From an uncultured Clostridia bacterium (GTDB lineage Bacteria > Bacillota > Clostridia > Christensenellales > Borkfalkiaceae), in contig CANPBT010000004.1 in the NCBI GenBank assembly GCA_947572415.1, positions 220 through 64,219 on the forward strand: DNA of 64,000 nt. Reading direction: 5' to 3'. The notes beneath the pieces are model-generated. The model ran no database searches. It saw only the letters and a list, made by a program, of their open reading frames with translations, and was not told the origin of the DNA. Position numbers and translations under genes: made by a program. Shown one piece after another: positions 1-10,205 of this stretch. How positions within the stretch are numbered: the stretch's first letter is position 1; the number at the start of each line of letters is the position of its first letter.

Positions 1-556
1 TACTTTTATATTTCTCAAATAAATTATATAAAATAGGTTTTATATATGCATCAAAATCCGACACATGCCACTGTGAAGCGGCATAAACAATCTTTATCAC
101 ATTCTCATTATCGTTAACTTGTTCAATAACCTCCGCTGAATTAACTGCTGTGTTAATAACGACAAACCTGTTCTGTTTTACATAACAATAATATTCTTCT
201 CCAATTAACTTGTTTGGGGTTAATAACATTGAACATTCTTTAATACATCTAAGCAACCACTTCCTGCGCAAAGGAAATCTATAAGACTTCCTGGGCAAAT
301 CTTTAAGATCATCATCTAAAAAATATATTAAAAACTTATTATACTTATTAGCTTCTTTTAAAAGCGCGTATGTTGCAGGCGATTCCCCTCTAACACAAAT
401 AATTATATCAGCCCAATTAAATTCATCCAGTTTAATTTTTAAGCTATTTTGTTTTTTTACATTACAATCATAAATGTAAGCAAAACGTGATAAAGCCCTA
501 AAAAGATCTAACAGCGTAGGTTGCTCACTTTCATGTATTAACAGAATATTAGACAT
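1..556 (-). CDS. Polysaccharide-locus protein, N-terminal fragment (gene runs off the left edge); possibly a glycosyltransferase
   Basis: Not in the ORF track. ATG at 556-554 overlaps the flippase stop (ATGTCTAA). I checked every minus-frame triplet down to nt 2 and found no stop. Translation begins MSNILLIHESEQPTLLDLFRAL. Confidence 0.55.
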   Translation of the reverse strand, partial: MSNILLIHESEQPTLLDLFRALSRFAYIYDCNVKKQNSLKIKLDEFNWADIIICVRGESPATYALLKEANKYNKFLIYFLDDDLKDLPRKSYRFPLRRKWLLRCIKECSMLLTPNKLIGEEYYCYVKQNRFVVINTAVNSAEVIEQVNDNENVIKIVYAASQWHVSDFDAYIKPILYNLFEKYKS

Positions 557-2030
557 TTTCACTGTCCTTTTTATCTTTGAATTTTATTAGTGTTTTGAGC
601 ATTCCTAAACATTCTTTAAAAGCCTTATTTTTAGTTATGAAAGATAGTAACACATAAATTATTATTCCTGCTAACACATCAAGAATAAGTAAAACAACAT
701 TTGACAATGATGAAAGATTTATACAAAAAATTATGCCACACATAATACCTGATATTAATATTGTCGGAATAAAATCTTTCAGCATGTCTGTCAACTTAAA
801 CTTTGTAGCAATATGTGTTTCTATCAGCAAATAGATTGTCATAAGAACTTGGACACCAGCCAAAGTAGCAGATATTGTAGTAACATCAACTTTCAAATAA
901 AACATCACAAAAAACAATGCTACCATTAATATCAATCTAATAACTTCAGCTCTAATCCTAACACTATTTCTACCTATAGCAAAATTCAATTGTACACAAG
1001 CTAGAAAAATAGGCGTAGCAGCATAATACAAACAACTCCAACGCAAAACACCTATGGCTGGTAACCATTTATCAGTCAAAATAACTGAAATTAAAGGCTC
1101 AGCTATCATACATAGTCCCGCCATCATAGGTATAATTATATAGAAAGAAACATTCAATACCCTTCTAAATACCCTATTTAATTCATTATAATCTTTTTGG
1201 TAAGACGCAAACACAGGAAGAAACACATTAGATACAGCACTAAATGTATATAATGCAAAATTTCTGGGGAACAAAGAGCCTTTATCATAATACCCCAATT
1301 CTTCCATAGAATAGACTTTTCCTATTGCAATACTGTAGAATGAATCACCAACAAAAGATAATAAAGATGAAGATAATATTTTTAAGCTAGGTGGCACTAA
1401 ATCTTTTGTACTTTGTTTTGAAATTTTGAATTTAAATTTGATTCTTACAGCAAACATTAAAAGTATCGTTAAAATTAATTGATAACTTAATTGTTGGTAA
1501 ACTAACGCCCATACCTCAAACCCATATACAGCCATAATAATGCCGATAACGCTTGATAATACTGTCGAAATTAAAGTACATACACACAATGTCCTAAAGC
1601 GCATAGCACGAGAAATTGCCGCTGTCCTAACAGAAGCAAAAGCCTGGCAAAATAATGTTAAAGAAATAACACGTAATACCGAAACTAACTGTGGTGTGTC
1701 GTAAAATTCCGCAATAAATGGAGCGGTGAAAAAGATTATTATATATAGTAAAATTGAGCTAAAAATGCTAAAAATTAATACCGTTGAATAATCTTCTTCA
1801 GTTGCTTGATCTTTTCTAATTAACGCAGTCGCAAATCCAGCTTGAATTAATATATCTGTTAAATTAATAAAAACCGTTGTAAGAGCTATAATACCATAAG
1901 CCTCAGGCGCAATCAACCTTGCCAAAACTATTTGGACAAGCATTGAAATTCCTTTTGACATAAATGACTCTAATAACTTCCAAACCGAGTTAACAACTGC
2001 AGTTTTTTTTGAAATATGTGTTTCTTCCAT
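549..2030 (-). CDS. wzx: Wzx-type oligosaccharide flippase (polysaccharide biosynthesis protein, MOP/PST family)
   Basis: 493 aa and about 12-14 hydrophobic segments. The N-terminus (SVWKLLESF..KGISMLVQIVLARLIAPEAYG) is typical of PST-family flippases. It sits in a polysaccharide operon. Confidence 0.8.
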   Translation of the reverse strand: MEETHISKKTAVVNSVWKLLESFMSKGISMLVQIVLARLIAPEAYGIIALTTVFINLTDILIQAGFATALIRKDQATEEDYSTVLIFSIFSSILLYIIIFFTAPFIAEFYDTPQLVSVLRVISLTLFCQAFASVRTAAISRAMRFRTLCVCTLISTVLSSVIGIIMAVYGFEVWALVYQQLSYQLILTILLMFAVRIKFKFKISKQSTKDLVPPSLKILSSSLLSFVGDSFYSIAIGKVYSMEELGYYDKGSLFPRNFALYTFSAVSNVFLPVFASYQKDYNELNRVFRRVLNVSFYIIIPMMAGLCMIAEPLISVILTDKWLPAIGVLRWSCLYYAATPIFLACVQLNFAIGRNSVRIRAEVIRLILMVALFFVMFYLKVDVTTISATLAGVQVLMTIYLLIETHIATKFKLTDMLKDFIPTILISGIMCGIIFCINLSSLSNVVLLILDVLAGIIIYVLLSFITKNKAFKECLGMLKTLIKFKDKKDSENV

Positions 2031-2033
2031 ACA

Positions 2034-3188
2034 TTAAAATACCGAAAAACTATTTAACCCCTCAAAAAAATACCCCTGAGAATATGATGACATAAACAAC
2101 ATAAAGATTGCATAGCAAACAGTCAATGCTAAGTATTTTTTAGATTTCGCTTTGATTACTCTATTGTTTGTGCCTAAAACTAGATACTGAGATACAACGA
2201 TGTATAATATTAAAAGAATATTTTTAAATAGACGTAAATAAGTAGGGTTAAAAAAATAAAATGGAATAATTATAAAACTAATTAAAAAAATTCGGTTTAG
2301 AATTTCTAATTGTTCACGATTTAGAATAAATTTATAATATTTTCCATATTGCGCTCTCAATGCTTCATAACCAATTTTCTGAACATCAGTTTTATAACTT
2401 ATATAAATAAGCCTAAACAAAAAGTAACCGAACAAATGACAAATAATTGTGGAAACTTTTCCTTTCCAATTCAGCATTTCATCAGTCAGCCCATTTTTCA
2501 TGGCTTCAAAATTAAAGTAAACTAAATATTTTTCATTCTTTATTAATTTTCGAGCAATGCTGTATAACAAATTAAATTGTATACAAAGCATAATTAGTAA
2601 AATAATTGCTATAACAAGTGTTATAAATTTAATATTACTATTTTTCTTTTGAATATTAAATAATTTAACTAAAATAAATGAAAGATAAAATAATGCTGTA
2701 GGTTGAATGAGTGCTGCAATTAAAATAATTAAAATATATCTAAAAATTTTATGTTTTTTATCACAAATAAACTGAACAATACCATAACATACAACAATTC
2801 CCATTAAACCATTTTTTATTTGGGCGATAGAATCAAAGAATGGAAATATTAAGTAAAGAACTAACACCAATGCAACATAAGGTGTTGTTTTTTTTAAAGT
2901 TATAAATGCAATAACGAGAGTTACAGTCGCACAAACCAATTTAAAGACAATAAAATTGCCACCTAACAATTTGGTTAAGTTCATTAAAGCATCAGTCAAA
3001 AATGAATCGCCATATAAACCTTTTTCAAAAATCAGCTTATAGATATCTAAATCCGGTGAGCCGCCATTGCAAAATGTATAAATTAGAAAAAGATATAGTA
3101 AAGCAAAGCATAATGCTAGAGATTTATTCTTATTCTTGATGGTGTATCCAGTAACCGCAACTCCTGCAGTCAATAAAAATAATGCCAC
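2034..3188 (-). CDS. Polytopic membrane protein, EpsG/Wzy-like repeat-unit polymerase
   Basis: 384 aa, hydrophobic almost throughout. It lies between the flippase and the glycosyltransferases, the usual Wzy position. No catalytic motif could be verified. Confidence 0.55.
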   Translation of the reverse strand: MALFLLTAGVAVTGYTIKNKNKSLALCFALLYLFLIYTFCNGGSPDLDIYKLIFEKGLYGDSFLTDALMNLTKLLGGNFIVFKLVCATVTLVIAFITLKKTTPYVALVLVLYLIFPFFDSIAQIKNGLMGIVVCYGIVQFICDKKHKIFRYILIILIAALIQPTALFYLSFILVKLFNIQKKNSNIKFITLVIAIILLIMLCIQFNLLYSIARKLIKNEKYLVYFNFEAMKNGLTDEMLNWKGKVSTIICHLFGYFLFRLIYISYKTDVQKIGYEALRAQYGKYYKFILNREQLEILNRIFLISFIIIPFYFFNPTYLRLFKNILLILYIVVSQYLVLGTNNRVIKAKSKKYLALTVCYAIFMLFMSSYSQGYFFEGLNSFSVF

Positions 3189-3196
3189 TAATACCT

Positions 3197-4117
3197 CTAT
3201 ATATTTTGAATTATTTCATTAACTTGAGAATCAATAAGATATTTATTTAACAGTTCTTTAGGCAAATGCTCGTATGAAGACGCAACAAATTCTTTAAGTT
3301 TATTTAAATCATCTATCCCTAAAATAAATATATTATTTTTATTATAAAAATCAAAGTTGACAATATTTGTATTTGTTGTAATTAATTTAACTTCATTATA
3401 TATTGATTCATAATCTCTCATCGTAGCTCCGACTTGATTGGGCAACGTAATGTTTAAAATCGATTTTGATTTCGTAACCAAGTCGATTACTTCTTCATAT
3501 TCTATTACCTTTGAAAAACCTTTCTTTTTTTTATTTAGCCTTGTTGACGGCATAACAAGAAACTTTGTTTTTAAACCCATATCTTTAAACTGATTTTCAA
3601 GATCAAAAATATATTCGGCTCGCCCTTTATCTCTACCAACAAATACTATATCATATTCTTTATCCCTTTTTTTACCAATAAATGAAGGACAATATCCACC
3701 ACATCTAATCAAGTACAAATTATATTTTTTACTATCATTAGCATCATAGGTACAAATTTTTATTCCTGAGGGTATATTATTAGGCAATAAATGTCTTGCT
3801 TTCCCTACTAAATTTGTATATTCAAATATAATTTTTTTATCAGGATGTATTTTCTTTAACCATAACAAAAATTGTTTTGTTATAATTCCGTCAAAAACAA
3901 TTATATATTTGCCTTCAAATTGTAAAATATTTCGATTGAATAAAATCTTATGCGGAAGCCTTAACTTTACTGCAATCTCTAACATTATTCTGCCAAAAAT
4001 AGTTTTATATCTATATGGTAATTCTACCTGATAACCTGAAGCAATAAGCCCCCTGTTCACATAATTATTATCAGCAGTTATAAATAAAATATCTGATTTA
4101 TTAAATGAAATATCCAT
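3197..4117 (-). CDS. Hypothetical polysaccharide-locus protein (possible GT-B-like transferase)
   Basis: 306-aa ORF that fills the gap tightly in the operon. No motif recognised. Confidence 0.5.
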   Translation of the reverse strand: MDISFNKSDILFITADNNYVNRGLIASGYQVELPYRYKTIFGRIMLEIAVKLRLPHKILFNRNILQFEGKYIIVFDGIITKQFLLWLKKIHPDKKIIFEYTNLVGKARHLLPNNIPSGIKICTYDANDSKKYNLYLIRCGGYCPSFIGKKRDKEYDIVFVGRDKGRAEYIFDLENQFKDMGLKTKFLVMPSTRLNKKKKGFSKVIEYEEVIDLVTKSKSILNITLPNQVGATMRDYESIYNEVKLITTNTNIVNFDFYNKNNIFILGIDDLNKLKEFVASSYEHLPKELLNKYLIDSQVNEIIQNI

Positions 4118-4131
4118 TAATACCTTTAAAG

Positions 4132-5244
4132 CTAACTAATTAAAAAATTTATGATTAATCGGTTTATTTCTTTTGCATCAAATCGAGTTTCTGTAAAAAT
4201 GCAAGCATTCTTCCCCATTTTTTCAACTTCTTCTGGATGTTCTATACACCATAAAATCTTCTTCGCCAATGATTGTACATCTTTTTTTTCTATCATAAAT
4301 CCATTATATCCGTCAATTACAGTTTCTCTACACCCAACATTATTACTTGTAATAACAGCTCTACCTGTAGATTCAGCTTCCATTATTGACATAGGCAAGC
4401 CTTCACGGTACGAGGAAGGCAGCACATAGACAGAACAATCTTCCAAATAATGTCTAACATCTTTCGTAGTGCCTAAGTAATTGATACTTCCGTCATCAAT
4501 AAATTCTTGAATATCAGATATTTTAATATCTCCCTCTGCACCCAAATAATTGAATACTGCATCCGGATACTTTTGTTTAACAATACGTGCCGCCTTGCAA
4601 AACTCCATAACACCCTTTGTTTTGAGCATACGAGCTATCATCAAAAAGGTTCGGTGATTTTTAATTGGCTTATATTCAAAATAATCTAAATCAACGCCGA
4701 TACCGGGAATAACAATGCTCTGCTCTTCTTTTACCAATTTGCGGGAAACAAATTCAGCCTTATCGTCATTATTTAAAAAGTAAACTTTATTTGAGCTCTT
4801 AAATGATTTACGGTACATTTTACAAACAACGGAACGAATGATTCGCCATTTAAGTCCGTTGTTTATAAATACGTCACCTGCGCCTTCAACCATTGAAAAT
4901 ATTTTTTTTACGCCAGCTTTCTTTGCGGCACGCACACCGAAAATATTTGGTTTAAGCATAAAAGTAAAAACAATATCGGGCTTTTCGTCCTTAATAATCG
5001 CCACATATTGTTTTTGCAATTTTTTCATACCTAAAGGATTTAAACTTCTGTTTTGGGAGCAAACAGAATAATACATTACACCTTTCTCTTCAATTTCTGC
5101 TTTAAAATCATCACCCAAAGCAATAACCGACACATATGCGCCTTCATTTTGTAAAGCCTTAATTAATCCTATACGAAAATTAACAACAGTTTGCGAAGAA
5201 CCGCAAATTAATAAAATTTTTTTATTCTGCATTCCGTTGTTCAC
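4132..5244 (-). CDS. Family-4 (GT-B) glycosyltransferase
   Basis: C-terminal EGLPMSIMEAESTGRAVITSNNVGCRETV is the GT4 E-x7-E region. It overlaps the upstream gene by 23 nt, so an internal Met (MQNKKILLICG, start 5232) may be the true start. Confidence 0.85.
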   Translation of the reverse strand: MNNGMQNKKILLICGSSQTVVNFRIGLIKALQNEGAYVSVIALGDDFKAEIEEKGVMYYSVCSQNRSLNPLGMKKLQKQYVAIIKDEKPDIVFTFMLKPNIFGVRAAKKAGVKKIFSMVEGAGDVFINNGLKWRIIRSVVCKMYRKSFKSSNKVYFLNNDDKAEFVSRKLVKEEQSIVIPGIGVDLDYFEYKPIKNHRTFLMIARMLKTKGVMEFCKAARIVKQKYPDAVFNYLGAEGDIKISDIQEFIDDGSINYLGTTKDVRHYLEDCSVYVLPSSYREGLPMSIMEAESTGRAVITSNNVGCRETVIDGYNGFMIEKKDVQSLAKKILWCIEHPEEVEKMGKNACIFTETRFDAKEINRLIINFLIS

Positions 5245-6115
5245 TTTCCGTATCCTCTATTGATTGTAGTAAGGTGTATTTTACATAACTTCCAATATAC
5301 TCACTCATTTCTTTATCATAAGACAAGCTTCCAAAGGCTTTTTTGACAAGACCAGTAAATAAGCCTAAAAACTTGATCGCCCAACCGAAACCGTGTACTA
5401 AGCGCAACTTCCTGCCATTTGCTGCGGCAATCTTTTTTACCATTTCAGAAGTATTCGTATATTCCGAATTTTGCGGGAAGAAAATACCACTCTCTTCATT
5501 CAAAATCATTAAACGAACAAACTCGCACAAATTCTCTATATACAGCATAGAGCGTTCGTTTTTAATATAGGGAAAAAACTTTAATTTTAAAGCAAATTTA
5601 CGCAAAGTTAAATAATTACCTTTACAGCCTTTACCGTAAATCATTGGCGGTCGGAGAATACAAATCTTAAAATTTTCATCGGCAAGAGGAACAATTCCGT
5701 TTTCAGCTTGTACTTTACTGTCGCCGTAAGCGTTCTCGGGAGATACAGGCGTATCCCTTGTAATCATTTTCTTTTTGCCGACTTTACTGCTACTACCGTA
5801 AACAATGGCAGAGCTCATAAAAATAAATTGCTTTACTCCATCCGCCTTTGCTTTATTTGCAGTTTCAACTGTCAAGTCAGTATTTACTGAGTAATACAGC
5901 TTTGCCTTTTCTTCACTTATCTTACCACTATCCGAATGTGCAATTCCCGCAACGTGAAAAACAACATCATAACCTGAAAAGCTTTTTTCTCGCCATGCGC
6001 TATCACGCAAATCAATAGTATCAAAACTGCATTCTTCGGGAAAATGCTCGGATATATATTTTTCAACGGAAGTGCCGATATAACTATGTGCTCCCGTTAT
6101 GAGAACCTTTTTCAA
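5222..6115 (-). CDS. NAD-dependent sugar epimerase/dehydratase (SDR)
   Basis: N-terminal Rossmann motif KKVLITGAHSYIGTSV plus the SDR catalytic Y-x3-K (YGDSK). 4-nt overlap with the upstream gene. Confidence 0.8.
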   Translation of the reverse strand: MKKVLITGAHSYIGTSVEKYISEHFPEECSFDTIDLRDSAWREKSFSGYDVVFHVAGIAHSDSGKISEEKAKLYYSVNTDLTVETANKAKADGVKQFIFMSSAIVYGSSSKVGKKKMITRDTPVSPENAYGDSKVQAENGIVPLADENFKICILRPPMIYGKGCKGNYLTLRKFALKLKFFPYIKNERSMLYIENLCEFVRLMILNEESGIFFPQNSEYTNTSEMVKKIAAANGRKLRLVHGFGWAIKFLGLFTGLVKKAFGSLSYDKEMSEYIGSYVKYTLLQSIEDTESEQRNAE

Positions 6116-6786
6116 TCGGCATTTGCCTCCTCGTCCTGATCATTTTCAAGCTCGCTGTTGGTTGTAGCAATAGCTTCCTCTTCCTGCTTATTGAGTTCGC
6201 CTGTGCCACCTTCGACTACACCGTCGTGCTTGACAACGGATATAAACGTACCGAAGAAACACTTTAAATCGAAGAAAAATCCCATACGCTTAACGTACTC
6301 GCCGTCAAATGCCGCTTTTACCGGAATTTCCAACTCGTCCCTGCCGTTGATTTGCGCCCAGCCTGTAAGCCCCGGTTTAATGTCATTAGCACCGTATTTG
6401 TCACGCTCAGCAATCAAATCGTCCTGATTCCAAAGCGCGGGACGTGGACCTATTATTGCCATTTGTCCTGCAAAGATATTAAAAATCTGCGGAAGCTCGT
6501 CAAGTGACGTTTTTCTTAAAAATCCGCCAACTTTGGTAATCCACTTTTTAGGGTCGCTCAACTTGTGCGTAGGTGCATCATGCGGTGTGTCGATACGCAT
6601 CGTGCGGAACTTTAAAATCTTAAATATCTTTTTCTTTTTACCGACACGGTTCTGTTTAAAAAATACTGGACCTTTACTGTCGCACTTGATTGCCAATGCG
6701 ATTATAAACATTGGAAGAGCCAATATAATTATTCCTAAAAAGGACAGAATTAAATCAATTAATCTTTTGAAAAAATGTTTATACAT
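6112..6786 (-). CDS. Small monotopic phosphoglycosyl transferase (bacterial sugar transferase, PglC/WbaP C-terminal type)
   Basis: One N-terminal membrane helix, then KGPVFFKQNRVGK..F.ILKFRTM and LDELPQ..N...G.M..IGPRP motifs. It has an unusual acidic C-terminal tail (ELENDQDEEANAD). Confidence 0.85.
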   Translation of the reverse strand: MYKHFFKRLIDLILSFLGIIILALPMFIIALAIKCDSKGPVFFKQNRVGKKKKIFKILKFRTMRIDTPHDAPTHKLSDPKKWITKVGGFLRKTSLDELPQIFNIFAGQMAIIGPRPALWNQDDLIAERDKYGANDIKPGLTGWAQINGRDELEIPVKAAFDGEYVKRMGFFFDLKCFFGTFISVVKHDGVVEGGTGELNKQEEEAIATTNSELENDQDEEANAD

Positions 6787-6803
6787 AAATATAAGCCCAA
6801 ATA

Positions 6804-7313
6804 TTATGCTTGATTACGGTATACCGTACCTGCAACAATTTTCGTCTTGGAAGGCACTGCCGCACTGACGGATACCACTCCATTGTAATCAATCTGGCAG
6901 AAATCGTTGACAACGCTGTTATGTCCCACTACACTTCCTGCACAGAGAAACACACCGTTACCGATTACGCTGTTTGCATTGACTGTAACAAATGGTTCTA
7001 TAACACAACCTTTGCCTATTCTTGCAGATGACGAAACATAGCTTTTGTCGGAAATAATATTTACAATCTCAAATCCGATTTGTTCTAGTTCGTTATAAAT
7101 CTTTTGCCTTATCTCAGGATTGCCGATAGCTATAATAGCACAAGAAAACTCTTTTAAAAATTTTTCACTTTCAGAAACTTTACCGATAGCTAATGGATTA
7201 TTATCGTCTATAAACTCAATTTTATTGAACCTACCCGTTTCTGCCGCTAATTCTTTTACTACTTGACCGTAACCTCCAGCACCGAAGATTAACAAATTGC
7301 CATAATGCACCAT
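6804..7313 (-). CDS. NeuD/PglD-family sugar N-/O-acetyltransferase (left-handed beta-helix)
   Basis: N-terminal LLIFGAGGYG nucleotide-binding-like segment followed by hexapeptide repeats (IGKGCVIEPFVTVNANSVIGNGVFLCAGSVVGHNSVV). First gene of the operon. Confidence 0.75.
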   Translation of the reverse strand: MVHYGNLLIFGAGGYGQVVKELAAETGRFNKIEFIDDNNPLAIGKVSESEKFLKEFSCAIIAIGNPEIRQKIYNELEQIGFEIVNIISDKSYVSSSARIGKGCVIEPFVTVNANSVIGNGVFLCAGSVVGHNSVVNDFCQIDYNGVVSVSAAVPSKTKIVAGTVYRNQA

Positions 7314-7430
7314 AATTATAGATTTTATTATACTACATTATATATAGAATTGCAATTGAATTACAAAAATTTTCCAGATGATATTCCTTATTTCTATTAT
7401 TTTGGCTTAATGAAAAGCAATTTATTTAAA

Positions 7431-7468
7431 AATAGCAAAAACAGTTCAGGCATAATTGCCTGAACTGT
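7431..7468 (-). terminator. Intrinsic terminator ending the ATPase/4TM-HRDC operon
   Basis: Perfect 11-bp stem ACAGTTCAGGC / GCCTGAACTGT (7441-7451 / 7458-7468) with a 6-nt loop. An A-run on the plus strand gives a U-tract on the minus-strand transcript. Confidence 0.8.
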
Positions 7469-7485
7469 TTAATTAATTACCCACA

Positions 7486-7537
7486 CAAAGCTTTCTATTT
7501 TATTATTACCGTATGTATTGTGGAATTATTTAGAAAG
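7486..7537. repeat. Left copy of the ~55-nt imperfect direct repeat (decayed duplicate of the spoIIID-like 3' end)
   Basis: Aligns with 12597-12653: 16/21 identical, then an identical 11-mer TACCGTATGTA (7507-7517), then about 16 more matches with two small gaps. Confidence 0.6.
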
Positions 7538-7578
7538 ATCATATTATTTATAAATTAAATTTTATCTATGAATATGTA

Positions 7579-8883
7579 TCATGCCGCACCTTTAAGTTCT
7601 TCATAACTTATTATAATGTGAATAAATAATTCTCCATAAAAATCATATTTCTTCTGCCCCAAGCCATAAATCGAAATAAAAGAATTCTCATCCTTTGGCT
7701 TATAAGTTGCCAAAGCGACTAATTGTTGATTATTGAAAATCATATAAGCTTTTATTCTTTTCTCTTTTGCTAACCTTAATCGTTCTTTTTTTAGTATATT
7801 TAATAATTTAATATCAGTTTTTATTTCTCCATCCACTGAAACTACAACTTCAAATCCATCAACGTTTTCTGTATTATTTGGCTTAGTTTCTTCTTTACGC
7901 TTGTTTATATCCTCTTCTTGGCATATATCTATTTTTGAAACTTTTTCTTTTTTGTTTTCGGAACTTACTGCTTTCTCAGTTTCATTAGTTTCTATAATTT
8001 GATTATAAAGAAATTCAATATCGCATTTACCGAATCTTTCAATATTACATATTTTATTCTCATAAATTGAAATTAATAAATAGTAATAATTTTCTCCTAT
8101 ATCTTTATAAACTAAAATCAATTGGTCATCACCCGTATTAACCTGTATATCTGTAATTGATAAACAATGATTAGGTTGAATAGCCAAATAAGAAAAATCA
8201 TCCCCTATTTGATATATATCACAACCACAAAGTTTAAATAGACCAATTATATAACCAAAGTTATTGCTGATATTCTTGATTTTTAAATTTAATTTCATAT
8301 CTCCAAGCGCACTTTTTACTTTATATTCTGATTCCTTATCCGAATTATCATAAAGTTCGAATATTAAATTATTTTTATCAATTCTTTCGTTTCTTTGTTG
8401 CACAAGAGTATAATGTACTCCCATGATAGTCAGTATAGTCGCAGAAAAAGTTGTAACAGCAGTAAATAGCGATACAATTATTTCTCTTCCCTGTGGTATA
8501 TTAATATAACAGAGTAATAGTACAAAATAAATTGGAACAACCAATATAGCAAAACTTATTAATCCACTTGATAATTTACCCAATTTAAATTGTAGGCTGT
8601 TTTTTAAAAATATCGAAACAACATAACTTATCATTGCAATCAAAGTCAACACAATAAATATGCTAGCTATAATTATTGAAGCAGTATTGAACTCATTTTT
8701 AATTTCGCTTATAGCAAAAACGGTCATTACAGCTAACGCACAAACCAACATCATTATGTATGAAAAAATACCACAAGATGTAAAAAATGAAATCTTATAG
8801 TTTTCCATACGCACAAAAAAATCTTCTTTTCTCTTTTTCCAAAGCGAAAATTTCTTTTTAATTTTTTCAAATCCTTTTATCAT
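7579..8883 (-). CDS. Four-TM membrane protein with an unknown central domain and a C-terminal HRDC domain
   Basis: Basic N-terminus (KKKFSLWKKRKED), four hydrophobic helices in aa ~30-165, and a K/E-rich linker. The last ~70 aa (LLNILKKERLRLAKEKRIKAYMIFNNQQLVALATYKPKDENSFISIYGLGQKKYDFYGELFIHII) match the RecQ HRDC pattern position by position. RBS GGAAGGAAA lies 6 nt before the ATG. Confidence 0.7.
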   Translation of the reverse strand: MIKGFEKIKKKFSLWKKRKEDFFVRMENYKISFFTSCGIFSYIMMLVCALAVMTVFAISEIKNEFNTASIIIASIFIVLTLIAMISYVVSIFLKNSLQFKLGKLSSGLISFAILVVPIYFVLLLCYINIPQGREIIVSLFTAVTTFSATILTIMGVHYTLVQQRNERIDKNNLIFELYDNSDKESEYKVKSALGDMKLNLKIKNISNNFGYIIGLFKLCGCDIYQIGDDFSYLAIQPNHCLSITDIQVNTGDDQLILVYKDIGENYYYLLISIYENKICNIERFGKCDIEFLYNQIIETNETEKAVSSENKKEKVSKIDICQEEDINKRKEETKPNNTENVDGFEVVVSVDGEIKTDIKLLNILKKERLRLAKEKRIKAYMIFNNQQLVALATYKPKDENSFISIYGLGQKKYDFYGELFIHIIISYEELKGAA

Positions 8884-8916
8884 TTGTATTTCCTTCCCAT
8901 AAATTTACAATCACTA

Positions 8917-10152
8917 TCAAATATACCAGAGTTGAAGATGCAACACATATTTCATTAATGCACCGGGTTGTGGACACATACAAATAATTGCTCCCGTGCC
9001 TCGCTTTTTATTTTCCAATTTGTCGAGCACGGTAAACGCCGAAGTTTCGTCAGCCGTTACTTTTACGCCCTGCTTAATTTCGATAGGATACAAAACGCCG
9101 TTCTCTTCGATAATAATATCTATCTCGCTTTCAGCATTTGCTTTTTTATCCTTACCTCGATAGTAAGAAACACAATAACGGTAATCTATCCCACTGTTGG
9201 AATAGGACTTTAATATTTCAGAGATTACGAAAGTTTCAAAGAATGCTCCGCTCATAGCCCCTACTGCTAGCGTTTCAGGTGTGAGCCAACGAGTTAAATA
9301 TGCGGCAAGCCCAGTATCCCTGAAATATAATTTAGGCGTTTTAATAGCTCGTTTCAATACAGCCGATGTGTACGGTTCAAGCAAATATATGATCCCCGAC
9401 GCTTCCAGAATGGAAATCCAATTTTTGACCGTGCCTTGATCTCTTCCGATTTCATCGGCGATATTGGAATAATTAAGCATCTGTCCAGTGCGTGCTGCAA
9501 CCGCAACCATAAACTTTCGGAAGTCGTCCAAATTCTGTACAGCAGAAAGGCTGCGGACATCACGCTCTAAATACGTTTTTACATAACTTGCGTAGAACGT
9601 TCCCCAATCAGCGTTTGGATTTTGTAATTCGGGAAAGCCTCCCCTATGGATAATCTGCCAAATATTCTGCATTTGTTTCGCCGTTTTCCCCCGTTCCTGC
9701 ACATATTCCATCGTCGGCAAGAAGGGCTTGCTAAAACTATCCCCAATAATTTCGCGCAACGAAAGTCCGCTCATTTCAATGATGCCGACGCGCCCCGAAA
9801 GCGATTCGGAAACGTTTTTCATTAGCTCGAACGGTTGTGAACCAGAAAGACAGAACAGGCCCCTTTCGTCCTCTTCGTCGCACTTGATTTTAATATAACG
9901 AAAAAGATCGGTTACTCTCTGCACCTCGTCGTATATGACGGGCGGCTGATTTAACATCATGAACGTATTCGGGTTTTCTTTTGCCTGTTCTTCTATAAAG
10001 GGGTCGTCGAACGAAACGTACTTTTTATCGGCAAATAACCTCTTAATCATCGTAGACTTGCCCGTTTGCCTTGCGCCCGTAACAAGAATACACTTGAACG
10101 CTTTATCATTCTTTTGTACGATTTCTTCGATGCTTCTTTTAATATAATTCAT
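8917..10152 (-). CDS. AAA_14/DUF4143-type ATPase with a C-terminal PD-(D/E)xK-like motif
   Basis: Walker A GARQTGKST, Walker B-like VIYDEVQ, and a C-terminal EIDIIIEENGVLYPIEIK (D...E.K). The track starts at a TTG (10167). The ATG at 10152 (MNYIKRS) is preceded by GGTGA and is the more likely start. Confidence 0.85.
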   Translation of the reverse strand: MNYIKRSIEEIVQKNDKAFKCILVTGARQTGKSTMIKRLFADKKYVSFDDPFIEEQAKENPNTFMMLNQPPVIYDEVQRVTDLFRYIKIKCDEEDERGLFCLSGSQPFELMKNVSESLSGRVGIIEMSGLSLREIIGDSFSKPFLPTMEYVQERGKTAKQMQNIWQIIHRGGFPELQNPNADWGTFYASYVKTYLERDVRSLSAVQNLDDFRKFMVAVAARTGQMLNYSNIADEIGRDQGTVKNWISILEASGIIYLLEPYTSAVLKRAIKTPKLYFRDTGLAAYLTRWLTPETLAVGAMSGAFFETFVISEILKSYSNSGIDYRYCVSYYRGKDKKANAESEIDIIIEENGVLYPIEIKQGVKVTADETSAFTVLDKLENKKRGTGAIICMCPQPGALMKYVLHLQLWYI

Positions 10153-10172
10153 AATTTCACCAAACAAAAAAC

Positions 10173-10203
10173 GACTAATCTCGAATTTAATTCCAGATTA
10201 GTC
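10173..10203 (-). promoter_or_regulatory. Inverted repeat over the transcription start and leader of the ATPase operon (operator or leader hairpin)
   Basis: GACTAATCT-N13-AGATTAGTC is a perfect 9-bp inverted repeat whose spacer can pair internally (GAAT/ATTC). On the transcript it is followed by GUUUUUUGUUUGG and then the SD sequence. Confidence 0.5.
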
Positions 10204-10205
10204 AT